Source: Oceanispirochaeta sp. (GTDB lineage Bacteria; Spirochaetota; Spirochaetia; DSM-2461). Taken from it: 64,000 nt of DNA. The stretch lies in the NCBI GenBank assembly GCA_963666275.2, contig CAXXOA010000001.1, positions 2,240,001 through 2,304,000 of the forward strand, given 5' to 3'. Shown here one piece after another: positions 1 through 10,100 of this stretch (its first letter is position 1; each line of letters starts with the position of its first letter). The position numbers were made by a program, and so were the translations under genes. The notes beneath the pieces were generated by a model. The model was not told where the DNA came from and ran no database searches. It saw only the letters and a list, made by a program, of their open reading frames with translations.

Positions 1-2
1 AT

Positions 3-191
3 CTGACCAATGCCATAGGGATGCAGTTTTCCATCGCCGGGATCGGTGCGGCCGTTATGCCCTCCCTGGCGGGGGTCCTGGCCCGGAAATGGGGGCTGGA
101 GATGATCCCCCTGTTTGTTCTGACGGCGGAGCTGCTCCTTCTGGGGGGATATGCCCTTTCCCATGGGTCCAGGCCCTCTGAAGAGGAATAG
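3..191 (+). CDS. 3' end of a membrane transporter, probably MFS (partial; starts upstream of the window)
   Basis: Frame from nt 3 reads LTNAIGMQFSIAGIGAAVMPSLAGVLARKWGLEMIPLFVLTAELLLLGGYALSHGSRPSEEE*. This is two hydrophobic helices resembling MFS TM11-12. Confidence 0.65.
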   Translation: MTNAIGMQFSIAGIGAAVMPSLAGVLARKWGLEMIPLFVLTAELLLLGGYALSHGSRPSEEE

Positions 192-295
192 AGAAAAAGT
201 CTCTGTCCCTGCGGGTGAAATTCCATTAATATTGAATTAGAATTCCAGAAACTACATCTATACAAGAGGACATACTGCAACCCGGGAGGCAGATC

Positions 296-1135
296 ATGAA
301 AGTAAGAGACAAACGCAAATTAACAGGAATCTTTCTGTTTTCCCTGCTGATTCTACCCCTTTTTCAGGGATTCTCAGAAGAAAGGGATCTCTTTTCTCTG
401 GATATTTCCGGGGAATACGGCTTCACAAATATTCTGAAGCATGAAATCCAGAGAGACGAAACCGGTGATAAAGGGGATATTTTCAATTACAAAACACAGG
501 GCGGCCAGGATATCCTCTTCTCCTACTTCCGCTATCAGGCAGATCTGACAATAAGGGAAAAGCATCATGCCCTTTTTCTCTTCCAGCCTCTGAGACTGGA
601 TACCCGGGCGGTGATTGATTCGGATTTCCGCTACAATCAGCAGGACTATTCAGAGGCGGACGGCGAACTCTCTCTGGTCTACTCTTTTGATTTCTGGCGC
701 TTTTCCTATCAGTATGACCTGATAGAACCTCCCGGATTTTTTCTAAGCCCCGGTTTATCCTTTCAGATCCGCAATGCTCTGATCATATTCAAAACAGAGG
801 AGAACGGAAAAGAGTCCATACAGAGTGATATTGGACCGGTTCCCATACTCAAGGTCAAAACCGGCTATGAATGGCCCCAGGGAACCTATGTTCTATTTGA
901 AGGAGACGGATTTTACGCGACCAACAGGTTTTTTAATGGCGCCGATTACCCTTTCACGGGGTATATATACGATCTCTCCCTGAGGGGGGGATACGATTTT
1001 ACGAAAAGATTCGGTTCCTATGTGAATTTCCGTTTTCTGGGAGGCGGTGCGGAAGGAACCAATGATAAGGACGAGTATACCTACAACGATCTTCATACAT
1101 TCAGCTTTACCCTGGGAGCCACAGTCCATCTGTAG
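296..1135 (+). CDS. Exported protein, probable outer-membrane beta-barrel
   Basis: N-terminal signal peptide, alternating aromatic/hydrophobic strands (YQADLTI, FSYQYDL, LRGGYDF), C-terminal strand FSFTLGATVHL, and a GGAGG RBS upstream. Confidence 0.6.
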   Translation: MKVRDKRKLTGIFLFSLLILPLFQGFSEERDLFSLDISGEYGFTNILKHEIQRDETGDKGDIFNYKTQGGQDILFSYFRYQADLTIREKHHALFLFQPLRLDTRAVIDSDFRYNQQDYSEADGELSLVYSFDFWRFSYQYDLIEPPGFFLSPGLSFQIRNALIIFKTEENGKESIQSDIGPVPILKVKTGYEWPQGTYVLFEGDGFYATNRFFNGADYPFTGYIYDLSLRGGYDFTKRFGSYVNFRFLGGGAEGTNDKDEYTYNDLHTFSFTLGATVHL

Positions 1136-1171
1136 GCTCCCCGAGGATAAAGCAGGAATATGACAGGGATT

Positions 1172-1199
1172 TCCCGGTAAAAGAGATTTTTTACCGGGA
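1172..1199. terminator. Hairpin between convergent genes (putative terminator)
   Basis: TCCCGGTAAAA-gagatt-TTTTACCGGGA, an 11-bp stem between the stops of 296..1135 and kdgK. Confidence 0.55.
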
Positions 1200-1206
1200 C
1201 ACTTTC

Positions 1207-2304
1207 CTAGCGGTCGACCCGGGCTCCCCCGCCGCCGACAATTTTCTCGACCTCTGCCAGAGAAGCCATGGTGGTGTCTCCGGGAGTGGTCATGGCCAGG
1301 GCCCCATGGGCGGCGCCGTAATTGACGGCTTTATCCGCATCATTGTAGGTGAGGAAGCCGTAAATCAGTCCTGAGGCAAAGCTGTCGCCGCCCCCTACCC
1401 TGTCCATGATTTCAAGGTTCGGTCTGTGGACAGCTTCATAGATCTCACCGTCGTACCAGGAAATGGCTCCCCAGTCGTTGACTGTTGCGGTTTTTACACC
1501 CCTGAGGGTTGTCGCTGTGGCTTTGAAGTTGGGGAAAGCGGAAATGGCCTTGCTGATCATCTTTTTAAAGCTGTCAGTTTCAAGATCTGTCAGATTTTCA
1601 TCTGTTCCTTCCACTTCAAATCCCAGACAGGCTGTAAAATCCTCTTCGTTGCCGATCATCACATCCACATAGCTGGCGATTTCCCTGTTCACTTCCTGGG
1701 CTTTCGCTTCCCCGCCGATGGCTTTCCACAGGGAGGGGCGGTAGTTCAGGTCGTAGGAGATGATGGTTCCATATTTCTTAGCCGCCTTCATGGCTTCGAT
1801 GACAACTCCGGGAGTTGTTTCCGAAAGGGCTGCGAAAATACCTCCGGTATGAAACCAGCGGACTCCCTGGGAGAAGATTCCCTCCCAGTCGATATCGCCC
1901 TCTTTGAGCTGGGATACCGCTGTGTGTCCCCTGTCGGAACAGCCCACGGCCCCTCTGATACCGAATCCCCGCTCTGTAAAATTCAGACCGTTCCGGGACT
2001 CCCGTCCGCAGCCGTCGTATTTGACCCATTTGATAAGAGAGGTATCCACGCCGCCCTGAAGGATAAGATCTTCCACAAGGCGCCCCACAGGATTGTCTGC
2101 AAAGGCGGTAACAACCGCAGCGCGCATGCCGAAACAGCGTCTGAGGCCTCGGGCTACATTGTATTCGCCGCCGCCCTCCCAGGCCTGAAACTGGCGGGTT
2201 GTATGAATACGGCCTTCGCCCGGATCCAGGCGGAGCATGACTTCGCCCAGAGAAAGGATATCGTATCTGCACTGATCGGCAGGTTTAATTGTCAGTTTAC
2301 TCAT
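1207..2304 (-). CDS. kdgK: 2-dehydro-3-deoxygluconokinase (PfkB family)
   Basis: GGGEYNVA, YDLNYRPSLW, GNEED and DRVGGGDSFASG PfkB motifs; directly downstream of eda. Confidence 0.9.
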   Translation of the reverse strand: MSKLTIKPADQCRYDILSLGEVMLRLDPGEGRIHTTRQFQAWEGGGEYNVARGLRRCFGMRAAVVTAFADNPVGRLVEDLILQGGVDTSLIKWVKYDGCGRESRNGLNFTERGFGIRGAVGCSDRGHTAVSQLKEGDIDWEGIFSQGVRWFHTGGIFAALSETTPGVVIEAMKAAKKYGTIISYDLNYRPSLWKAIGGEAKAQEVNREIASYVDVMIGNEEDFTACLGFEVEGTDENLTDLETDSFKKMISKAISAFPNFKATATTLRGVKTATVNDWGAISWYDGEIYEAVHRPNLEIMDRVGGGDSFASGLIYGFLTYNDADKAVNYGAAHGALAMTTPGDTTMASLAEVEKIVGGGGARVDR

Positions 2305-2324
2305 TACTTCAGATTCTCCCGTTC

Positions 2325-2984
2325 TTAATAGTCTGCAGCCAGTTTAACTGTGTCTTTGACTATGGTTTCAATTTTGTCCCAGTTACCCGCATTGATATCA
2401 TCGGCTTTACCTACCCAGGTTCCGCCGGCACAGGCAATCTGGGGAATGGAAAGATAGTCTCCCAGGTTTCCTGTGTTCACCCCGCCGGTAGGCATGATAT
2501 GGATTCCCAGATGCTTATAGGGAGCAATGATATTGGAGAGCATTTTCGTCCCCCCCATCGCTTCGGCAGGGAAGAATTTGACCATGGTGATACCGAACTG
2601 CATTATCTGTTCCAGTTCAGAAGGAGTGCAGAATCCGGGAAAGAAAGGATAGCCCGACTTGATGGCTTCCTCGACAATCACGGGATTGAAACCGGGAGCA
2701 ACCGCAAATTTGGCACCCGCATTGAAAGCTCTGTGCAGATCGTCCTTGTTCAGAACTGTACCGGCGCCCAGGACCAGATCAGGAAACTGAATAGCTGCTT
2801 CTTTTATGATCCCTTCAGCCGCTTTCGTTCTGAAAGTGACTTCAGCCGCTTTGAGACCGCACCGGCTCAGGATCTCACACATTTTTACTCCGTCTTCCAC
2901 TTTTTCAATGGCAAGCACAGGGACAACTTTCACATTACCCAGGGCTTCAACTATGGCATCACATTTCTGCTGATAGGAACTCAC
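2325..2984 (-). CDS. eda: KDPG/KHG aldolase
   Basis: EVTFRT, GAGTVL, KFFPAE and PTGGV motifs; GTG start with AAGGAG RBS. Confidence 0.93.
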   Translation of the reverse strand: MSSYQQKCDAIVEALGNVKVVPVLAIEKVEDGVKMCEILSRCGLKAAEVTFRTKAAEGIIKEAAIQFPDLVLGAGTVLNKDDLHRAFNAGAKFAVAPGFNPVIVEEAIKSGYPFFPGFCTPSELEQIMQFGITMVKFFPAEAMGGTKMLSNIIAPYKHLGIHIMPTGGVNTGNLGDYLSIPQIACAGGTWVGKADDINAGNWDKIETIVKDTVKLAADY

Positions 2985-3019
2985 TACACACTCCTTGGTT
3001 TCGCGGTGATATTCTTTTT

Positions 3020-3034
3020 TGAAACACCGTTTTA
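3020..3034. promoter_or_regulatory. KdgR-type operator upstream of eda-kdgK
   Basis: TGAAACACCGTTTTA fits the TRAAAYRnYRTTTYA core. It lies within a 23-bp imperfect palindrome (3016-3038), just downstream of the predicted -10. Confidence 0.65.
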
Positions 3035-3046
3035 AAAATATAATTC

Positions 3047-3075
3047 ATTATACATACCTGGCTCCGTCGGGACAA
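3047..3075 (-). promoter_or_regulatory. Sigma70-type promoter of eda-kdgK
   Basis: Minus strand TTGTCC-17 nt-TATAAT. Confidence 0.7.
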
Positions 3076-3225
3076 GAAGAAATTTCTGAATTCCAGCAAG
3101 TTCCCGTCAGTTCTTTTATCTGACAACTTTCGGAGAAACACAGTGTAGTCCGGGAGGAACAAATACAGTGAGAATAAACAGGCTATGATCCGCCCACAGG
3201 CGGAGGATAGGAATCTGAGGAAGAA

Positions 3226-4263
3226 CTAGGAGTGGTCCGCCAGGAGGATCCGGCATGTATCCAGGAAAGTCCGGACAGCCTGCTCTCCTGTGGCCCAGGA
3301 GGTTATAAGCCTGACGGCTGTATGATTTTCATCCGTTTTCTCCCAGGTATAAAACAGATATTCCTTCTGAAGCTGCTCTATCACTTTATCGGGAAAAACT
3401 GGAAAAATCTGATTGCTGGGGGATTCCACCAGAAAAGGACAGCCCAGGGCTTTCAGTTCCCCTGTGAGGAGCTGTGCCATCCGGTTGGCATGTTCCGCCA
3501 GTGTAAAGTAGAGATTATCCCTGAAGAGTTCCCGGAACTGGATTCCCGTAATCCATCCTTTTGCCAGCAGGGCTCCCCTCTGTTTGATGAGAAAGCGGAA
3601 ATCCTCTTTCAGGGACGGATTGCTGATGACAAGGGCTTCTCCGAAGAGGGCGCCGTTTTTTGTCCCTCCGATAAAAAAAGCATCCGAATAGAGGCACATG
3701 TCTTTCAGAGTCAGTCCTGCTCCCGGTACGGTCAGGGCGGCCCCCAGACGGGCTCCGTCCACGTAGAGGAGTAGGTTCTTTTCCCGGCAGAAACCGTACA
3801 GCTCCTTCAGTTCTGAAAGAGTATAGATGGTTCCCAGTTCTGTAGTATTGGAAATATAAACAAGACGGGGTTTTACCATGTGCTCAAAATGATGCTCCAC
3901 AAGAACCGGCTCAATTGACCGGGGAGTTAATTTGCCCTCCCGGGCGGGAACAGTCAGAACTTTATGACCAGTCGCTTCAACAGCCCCGGTCTCATGGGTA
4001 CTGATATGACCGGACTCTGCAGCGATACAGGCTTCATGGGGCCTGAGAAAGGAACTGATGGCCAGCAGATTGGTCTGGGTTCCCCCGGGGATCAGATGAA
4101 CATCAAGATCTTCCCTTCCGGTCAGGTTCTGAAGGATCTCGATGAAATCCCGGGTGTGCCTGTCCTGGCCGTACCCGTCCTCCTGATTGCCGTTATTGGC
4201 CCCAATAGCCTTTAAAATATCAGGATGAGCTCCCTCGCTGTAGTCATTCTGAAAACTGATCAT
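3226..4263 (-). CDS. ltaE: Low-specificity L-threonine aldolase
   Basis: FQNDYSEGAHP, GGTQTN, HETGA, DGARL, and GGTKNG (PLP lysine). Confidence 0.88.
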   Translation of the reverse strand: MISFQNDYSEGAHPDILKAIGANNGNQEDGYGQDRHTRDFIEILQNLTGREDLDVHLIPGGTQTNLLAISSFLRPHEACIAAESGHISTHETGAVEATGHKVLTVPAREGKLTPRSIEPVLVEHHFEHMVKPRLVYISNTTELGTIYTLSELKELYGFCREKNLLLYVDGARLGAALTVPGAGLTLKDMCLYSDAFFIGGTKNGALFGEALVISNPSLKEDFRFLIKQRGALLAKGWITGIQFRELFRDNLYFTLAEHANRMAQLLTGELKALGCPFLVESPSNQIFPVFPDKVIEQLQKEYLFYTWEKTDENHTAVRLITSWATGEQAVRTFLDTCRILLADHS

Positions 4264-5159
4264 TCCCTCTCCTCTCTTTGGCTCTGCACGATTAACCAGG
4301 GTGTTACAATTTCAAGGAACTCCTCAGGAGATTCCTGATGGGGTAGATGCCCCGACCGGGGGATGATTTCCATTCTGGCTCCTGGAATGAGAGACTGCAT
4401 GATCTCACCCGATGAGGCGGGCAGAACCCTGTCCATCTCACCCCAGACAATCAGTACGGGAAGATCAAGCCGGGACAGGTCATCCCGGAACCGTTCACTC
4501 TTGTCAAGCCACAGGGAGAACCTGCGGAGAATGGAAAAGTAGGCGTGCCTCTGCCTGTTGTCGGAAACCCTGTCATGGACCCGTTCATAGAGAAAATCCC
4601 GGTCCTTCCGGGACATCCCCTCCAGATCGGCATAATAGGGATTCAGAGATTTAAAGGCTTCCACAGGCTGGTTCTTTAAACGGCTGTAGAGGAATTCCCC
4701 CACTACCGGCATAAGAAAAAGGAGACTGGAAAGACTGATTTTCTGCTTCTGCGGAACCAGGGCGCCGTCAGCCAGTACCTGAGAGATCATCCTATCGGGA
4801 TAATGCAGCCCACTATACTGAATCAGCATGGCTCCCAGGGAACTTCCTATAAAATGGGCCCTCTGAATATCCAGGACATCAAGAAACTCCAGAAGAGAAT
4901 CTTTCAGAAAATCCATCGTGTAGGAACGGGAGGGTTTATCGCTTCTGCCGAATCCCGGTAGATCCGGAGCCACTATCCTGTAATTCCGGCTTAAACCGGG
5001 GATAACATGGCGCCAGGTATCAGCCTCATCGGCCAGTCCGTGGATGAGAACGCAAACAGGCTTATCCTCTCCGGCAGTATCAAGATAGAAGAGATTCAAT
5101 CCCGACTTATCAAGCCGGACCGATGAGGCGTATGTCTTCAGATCATCCCAGACATTCAT
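4260..5159 (-). CDS. Alpha/beta-fold hydrolase
   Basis: HG oxyanion, DLPGFGRS, GSSLG nucleophile elbow, WGEMD and GHLPH; ATGA-coupled to its neighbours. Confidence 0.9.
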   Translation of the reverse strand: MNVWDDLKTYASSVRLDKSGLNLFYLDTAGEDKPVCVLIHGLADEADTWRHVIPGLSRNYRIVAPDLPGFGRSDKPSRSYTMDFLKDSLLEFLDVLDIQRAHFIGSSLGAMLIQYSGLHYPDRMISQVLADGALVPQKQKISLSSLLFLMPVVGEFLYSRLKNQPVEAFKSLNPYYADLEGMSRKDRDFLYERVHDRVSDNRQRHAYFSILRRFSLWLDKSERFRDDLSRLDLPVLIVWGEMDRVLPASSGEIMQSLIPGARMEIIPRSGHLPHQESPEEFLEIVTPWLIVQSQREERE

Positions 5160-6232
5160 GAGCGGACCCTTTTATTGAGATGGGAATATTCCCTGTCTTT
5201 CATAATCACATGCCGATAGACAAGGTCCTGGGATATATAGTTCAGGAGGGTGATAGGATCCGTTTCATTCTGTCTGAAAAGATCGATGAGAGTACTGAAA
5301 CGGGAAATCAGTTTATTATGCTCCAGAATATGTTCCTTAAGCCCCGGATAGGCCAGTCCTTCCAGGATAGCTTCTTCCGCCCGGAAGTGCTCTGTCACGT
5401 GATGGAGCATCTCATCCAGAGAGGATTCAAGATAATCCGTATCCGTGTGTTTCAGAACCGAATCCAGGATTTTATTGGAATACTGGAAAATCTCCCGGTG
5501 ACGGAGATCTATATCATCGATACCCGCCGAATACTCATGCTTCCATTCAAGTCTCAGTGCACTGTCGGGTACGGACTCTTCTGTTTCTGTTCGGTTTATA
5601 TCCTCGGGAGACATGACCGCAAGGTTCCGTCCGGAATCTTTGGCATGATAGAGGGCCTCATCCGCCCGGGTAAACCAGCTGTTGAAAGTCTCTCCGCTGC
5701 GGAAGGAACTGATCCCGATACTGACAGTCACATCCGCCAGTTCTTTCAAGGGGGATGTTTCTATCCTGTCACGGATCTTTTCCGCCAGGATCAGGGCATT
5801 TACCCCGGTGGTATCTGAAGCGAGAATCAGAAATTCCTCCCCTCCCCAGCGGGCGAAACAGTCGGTTTTACGGCAGATACCCGTGATGGTCCGGGCCACC
5901 TGCTTTAACACCCTGTCGCCGAAATCATGACCGTAACTGTCATTAATCCTTTTGAAATGATCCAGATCCAGGATAAGAAGGGATACGGGTGTCTGAAAAC
6001 GGTTGCATCTGTGCATGGCATTGAGGATACTGGGCTCAATAGCGCGTCTGTTCATAAGACCTGTGAGCATATCTGTCATGGAGAGGCTGTCAAGTTTTCT
6101 GTTTTCTGCCCGGAGCTGACTGTTTTCCTTTCCCAGCTCCCGGACAGAGCTTCTGAGAGAGGACATTTTCAGGGTAAGGAAAACTATGGATCCTACTAAA
6201 ATAACAAAAGCACAGATAAAAAAGATCAGCAC
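5156..6232 (-). CDS. Membrane-anchored diguanylate cyclase with C-terminal hemerythrin domain
   Basis: N-terminal TM plus coiled coil, DLDHFK, RKTD I-site, GGEEF. The C-terminus has hemerythrin ligands H, HFRAEE, HILEH and HVIMKD. Confidence 0.88.
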   Translation of the reverse strand: MLIFFICAFVILVGSIVFLTLKMSSLRSSVRELGKENSQLRAENRKLDSLSMTDMLTGLMNRRAIEPSILNAMHRCNRFQTPVSLLILDLDHFKRINDSYGHDFGDRVLKQVARTITGICRKTDCFARWGGEEFLILASDTTGVNALILAEKIRDRIETSPLKELADVTVSIGISSFRSGETFNSWFTRADEALYHAKDSGRNLAVMSPEDINRTETEESVPDSALRLEWKHEYSAGIDDIDLRHREIFQYSNKILDSVLKHTDTDYLESSLDEMLHHVTEHFRAEEAILEGLAYPGLKEHILEHNKLISRFSTLIDLFRQNETDPITLLNYISQDLVYRHVIMKDREYSHLNKRVRS

Positions 6233-6350
6233 TAAAATACCCTTCTATTTTCAGATACACCTGATTCCGCCATTATCCTGTAATGCCGCAGATGACTTTT
6301 CTAAAGTTAATCCATTATATTGAAAATCCCCGATTAGGTAAAACAGATTT

Positions 6351-7025
6351 TCATAAAGATTCTTCCATCTGCGTTTCCAGGCTATTCAGACCCTTTTCAA
6401 GGGGATGCCCCGGAGAGATTAGAGCCCGGCATTTTCCCAGAATTTCCCGGGACTTCTCGGGATACCCGTAAAAGCTGTAGATTTCAGCCAGTTCCAGATA
6501 GATCTCATACCGGGTTTCCATAAGCAGACTGGCCTGTTCCAGATATACCAGAGCCTCTTCAAGATCTCCCTCCTCCCGCAGGGAGAGAGCTTTCAGGTAG
6601 TGGAGCTCCGGATCCCTGCCGGAACGGGCGAGCCCCCTGTCCAGAAGGGAATCCGCCTCCCGGGATCTTCCCGTATTCAAATAGATTCTGCTCAGGTATT
6701 TGATGCAGTCTATATCCTCCTCACTCCGGGAAGCCAGTTTTTCCCAGACCTTTGCCGCCTTATCCCGGTTCCCGGAAAAATAGAGTGTCCGGGCATAGAG
6801 TTTTTCCGCATCCCCATCAAAAGTCCTCCCTCCGCATAGTTCTTCCAGAATGATCAGGGCGGTCTCCCTGTCCCCCTGATTGTAGAGAACCGCCGCTTTT
6901 TTCAGCTGTTCCTCCCTGACAGCCTGTCTGTGTTCTCTTCTGCCGCTGCATCCCGTAAACACAAGGACCGCCAAAACGATTAGCACCAGGAAGTTCTCTG
7001 TTTTTACTGTTGTTCTTCTACTCAT
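6351..7025 (-). CDS. TPR-repeat lipoprotein
   Basis: Lipobox LVFTG-C followed by tandem TPR-like helix pairs (YLSRIYLNTGRSREA, YLKALSLREEGDLEEA, YLELAEIYSFYG). Confidence 0.8.
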   Translation of the reverse strand: MSRRTTVKTENFLVLIVLAVLVFTGCSGRREHRQAVREEQLKKAAVLYNQGDRETALIILEELCGGRTFDGDAEKLYARTLYFSGNRDKAAKVWEKLASRSEEDIDCIKYLSRIYLNTGRSREADSLLDRGLARSGRDPELHYLKALSLREEGDLEEALVYLEQASLLMETRYEIYLELAEIYSFYGYPEKSREILGKCRALISPGHPLEKGLNSLETQMEESL

Positions 7026-7033
7026 ACAGGGGC

Positions 7034-7106
7034 TTACGGATTTTTTTTCCTCTGTGATTCAATTTTTTCCTCTTTTTTTGAATCACCCTTTATTTTTCTC
7101 CTGTAG
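7034..7106. promoter_or_regulatory. Mirror-symmetric divergent promoter/operator region
   Basis: Perfect inverted repeat GTGATTCAA (7054-7062) / TTGAATCAC (7078-7086). Each strand reads TGAATC-N17-YGTAR toward its gene. Confidence 0.5.
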
Positions 7107-7141
7107 TACAGGGTAGATCCCCCCTATAGGAAGGTTATGTT

Positions 7142-10100
7142 ATGAGAAACAGGTTTATCTCTTTACTCCTTGTACTGTCTTTTCTGCCTCTGCCTGTCAG
7201 TCCGGAACAGGGAGCCCCTTCTCTGTCTCTACCGGAGGAATCATCATGGACAGTCTATGACATCCATCGATCCCTTTCGGAAAGTCTCTCCCATTCGGAT
7301 CTGAATCTCCTATTAACAGGAATGGACCAGCTTGAAAGGGAATTCCTCTACAGGACGGAAGGGGGAAACCTCCTTTTTGACAGTAAAAATGATCCCCTTC
7401 TGAGGAGCAGTGATCCCGCTGAGATAGAACAGGACAGAACCCTTTATGAAAACCGGGCCCGTGCCATTCAGGAGACCCTGCTTTCCCAATGGGAGGAAAA
7501 GGCCCAGAAAGCAAGAACTGTTCTTATGACACCCCTGTCTCAGGGGCAGACAGCACTATCGGAGACAGTGGAGAGGGAGCTGGATCTCTTCCGGCAGAGG
7601 ATATGGGAAGAGACAGACAAGATGATCTGCTACAGGCTGGACCGATTCAACTACTTCAGAAAAAAGGATAATTTCTCACTGCGCAGAAAAAGCGAAGACC
7701 AGACTGCACTCATGGCAGCCGCAGAGCTGACAGAAAGGGTGAATGATGAAACCCGGGAGATCCTGCAGATACTGGAAAAACCATTAGACAGGGAAAGCGG
7801 TGCTGCAGTCAGCCAGGCGTCCTTTTCTCCTGATTCCTGGGAAGAGAGCTTTGACAGGGAGTTCCGGAAGGGCCTTGAAAAATGGCAGAAAGCGGAAGAG
7901 GAAATCCTTTCCGGCCGTATAGACTGGGAACTGGAGCTTTCTGAAAAGTACAGAGAAACCGAAGCCGCCTGGGACAGGTCAATGCAGATTTTCTCAGATA
8001 CAAGGAAAGCCTGGATAGAGGAGATGAAGGATCTCTACAGAACGGGCCTGAACGCATGGGATCTGCAGCAGGAAGAGTATCAGGAAAAGTTTGAAACCAT
8101 GGCCAGGCAGATGGAGGAGGACTCTATCCGTCAGGAGGAGATATTCCTTTCCCGCGTAACAGAGTCTCTGGATATCTACAGGGAGAGTCTGCAGTACAGG
8201 GATTCGGCAGAGAAAAATATTCAGTATTACCAGAGTAAAATCCGGGAATTGGAGGATCTGAAAGCCAATAGCCGGAACAGAATAGACAGCATTGAAACCG
8301 GTATGGCCGCTGCCATGTTTGCCATGAGATTGAATGAGGGCAAACTTCAGAATTCTCAGGTGGAACTTCAGGATCTGCAGAACACTCTGGAATTGCTTCA
8401 GAATGAACGGCAGGAGATCGGGGATGATCTTGATGCTGTGAATGGACGGATTGAAGATTCTGAAGATCTTGAAGAAGAGCTTCAGGACCTGCTTGAAAAA
8501 CAGCAGAATCTGAGGGAAAGGCTGATTGAAGTGAATGAGCAGATTGAGGACACAGAAAATGGAATAGTGACTCTGGAATCAGATATACTTAGAGAACAGA
8601 GGATCCTCGACTCCTACTACACTTCTTATGCCCCCCAGCTGAATGCCATAGCCCTGGAAAGGGGGTATATCATCAGCTATGACATAAAACGTTCTGATTT
8701 TCTGAAGGAAAAAGAGACATGGGAATCCCTGAGCAAAGAGTTTTCCGGGCAGATGAAAAGGGCCGAAGAGGACCTGATCTCTCTTCAGGCGGAAGCCGGC
8801 GCTTATGACACATCGGTCCCCTCTTCCTCCCTGGAACAGGAGATTGCCAGAATGGAACTGGTCACGGAATACCTTTTCCATCAGCTTGCCGTATCAGAAG
8901 CTGTGATGGAATACGCCTCACAGGACACATCTCTCCGACCCCGGGATTCTCAGACACAGGAGGATTACGATGAGGCTCTTTCCAGCCTGGAAGAAGGGGA
9001 AAGGGAATACCTCAGCTTCCAGTCCCGTCTGGACTCGCTCAGAGAGGACCTGACAGGGCTGCAGGAACAGATCCTGGCAAAGGAAAAGGCTCTTCAGGAA
9101 ACCCTGGAGGCTCAGACAGAAGCGGGAAAAGCCTATGAAATGTCCCAGGAGATCTACAGGAACAGTGACATATCCCTTCTGCAGGCCGGAATCAGCAGCC
9201 TACAGGATCAGCTGGATGCCTGGTTCCAGGGAAAAGACTCGGCCCCCCCGGAACGTCAGACACTCTATACAGAATATATCCATGCCGGACAGGCCGACTG
9301 GGTCAGGGAAAAAGAGGAAGCTGCCAGGACTCTGCTGCGGGATCTGACAGGAGAGGAAACTCTCATGGAGAGCGATAACATTACCAATACAGAGGATCTG
9401 TCCCTTCTTATCGCCAATCTTGAAAATCTTGATCCCCGAAGAACTGCATCAGCAGAAGAGTGGGAAAACCAGCTGATTTCCTGCGGTTTTGAACAGGGAG
9501 ACTACGAGTATGAAATCCTTCAGAATCAATTCGGCACAACCCCTTTTCATAGACTCTCTCTGGATAAAGCCCTCCGGGATCTTATCAGGGAACAGAAACA
9601 GAAGTACTGGAATAATGCCCTCCTGGAGGAGAGGCTCCGTCAGGAAGATGACCCATCCCGGAACCTTCAGGAGGATCTGGATAGGGCTCTAAACAGCCTT
9701 TTACTAGAAAAAACAGAGCTTATGATTCTGATCGGAGGCTATCTGAAAGACGGCGGAGAAGTCCTTGCTCCCTACAGGGAGTATATATCTTTTCTGAAAG
9801 ATCAGGGATTCCGGCTGGAACAGGACTCTCTGGATGGCCTGATTCAATTGAGAGAGCTGCTGAACAGACAGCTGGCAGGAGAAATCGGAAAAGAAGAGCT
9901 TTTAACCCTGGTATCAGAACAGGGCGGCCCGGCACTCTGGCTGAGTTATCTAAACGGAGACAACAGCGATATGCCCCCGGAACTTTCCTTCCTGGATATC
10001 TTTCCGGAGGCATCCTATGATGAGGTTCTCCGTGCCCGGGGCGCTCTCTTTGCAGGTGAGTGTATACAGCAGTTCAACACGGGGGCAGAGGTCCTTTTCA

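Noticed and set aside
1426..3035. 300-aa and 248-aa plus-strand ORFs
   Set aside because: They are antisense to kdgK and eda, which carry clear family motifs.
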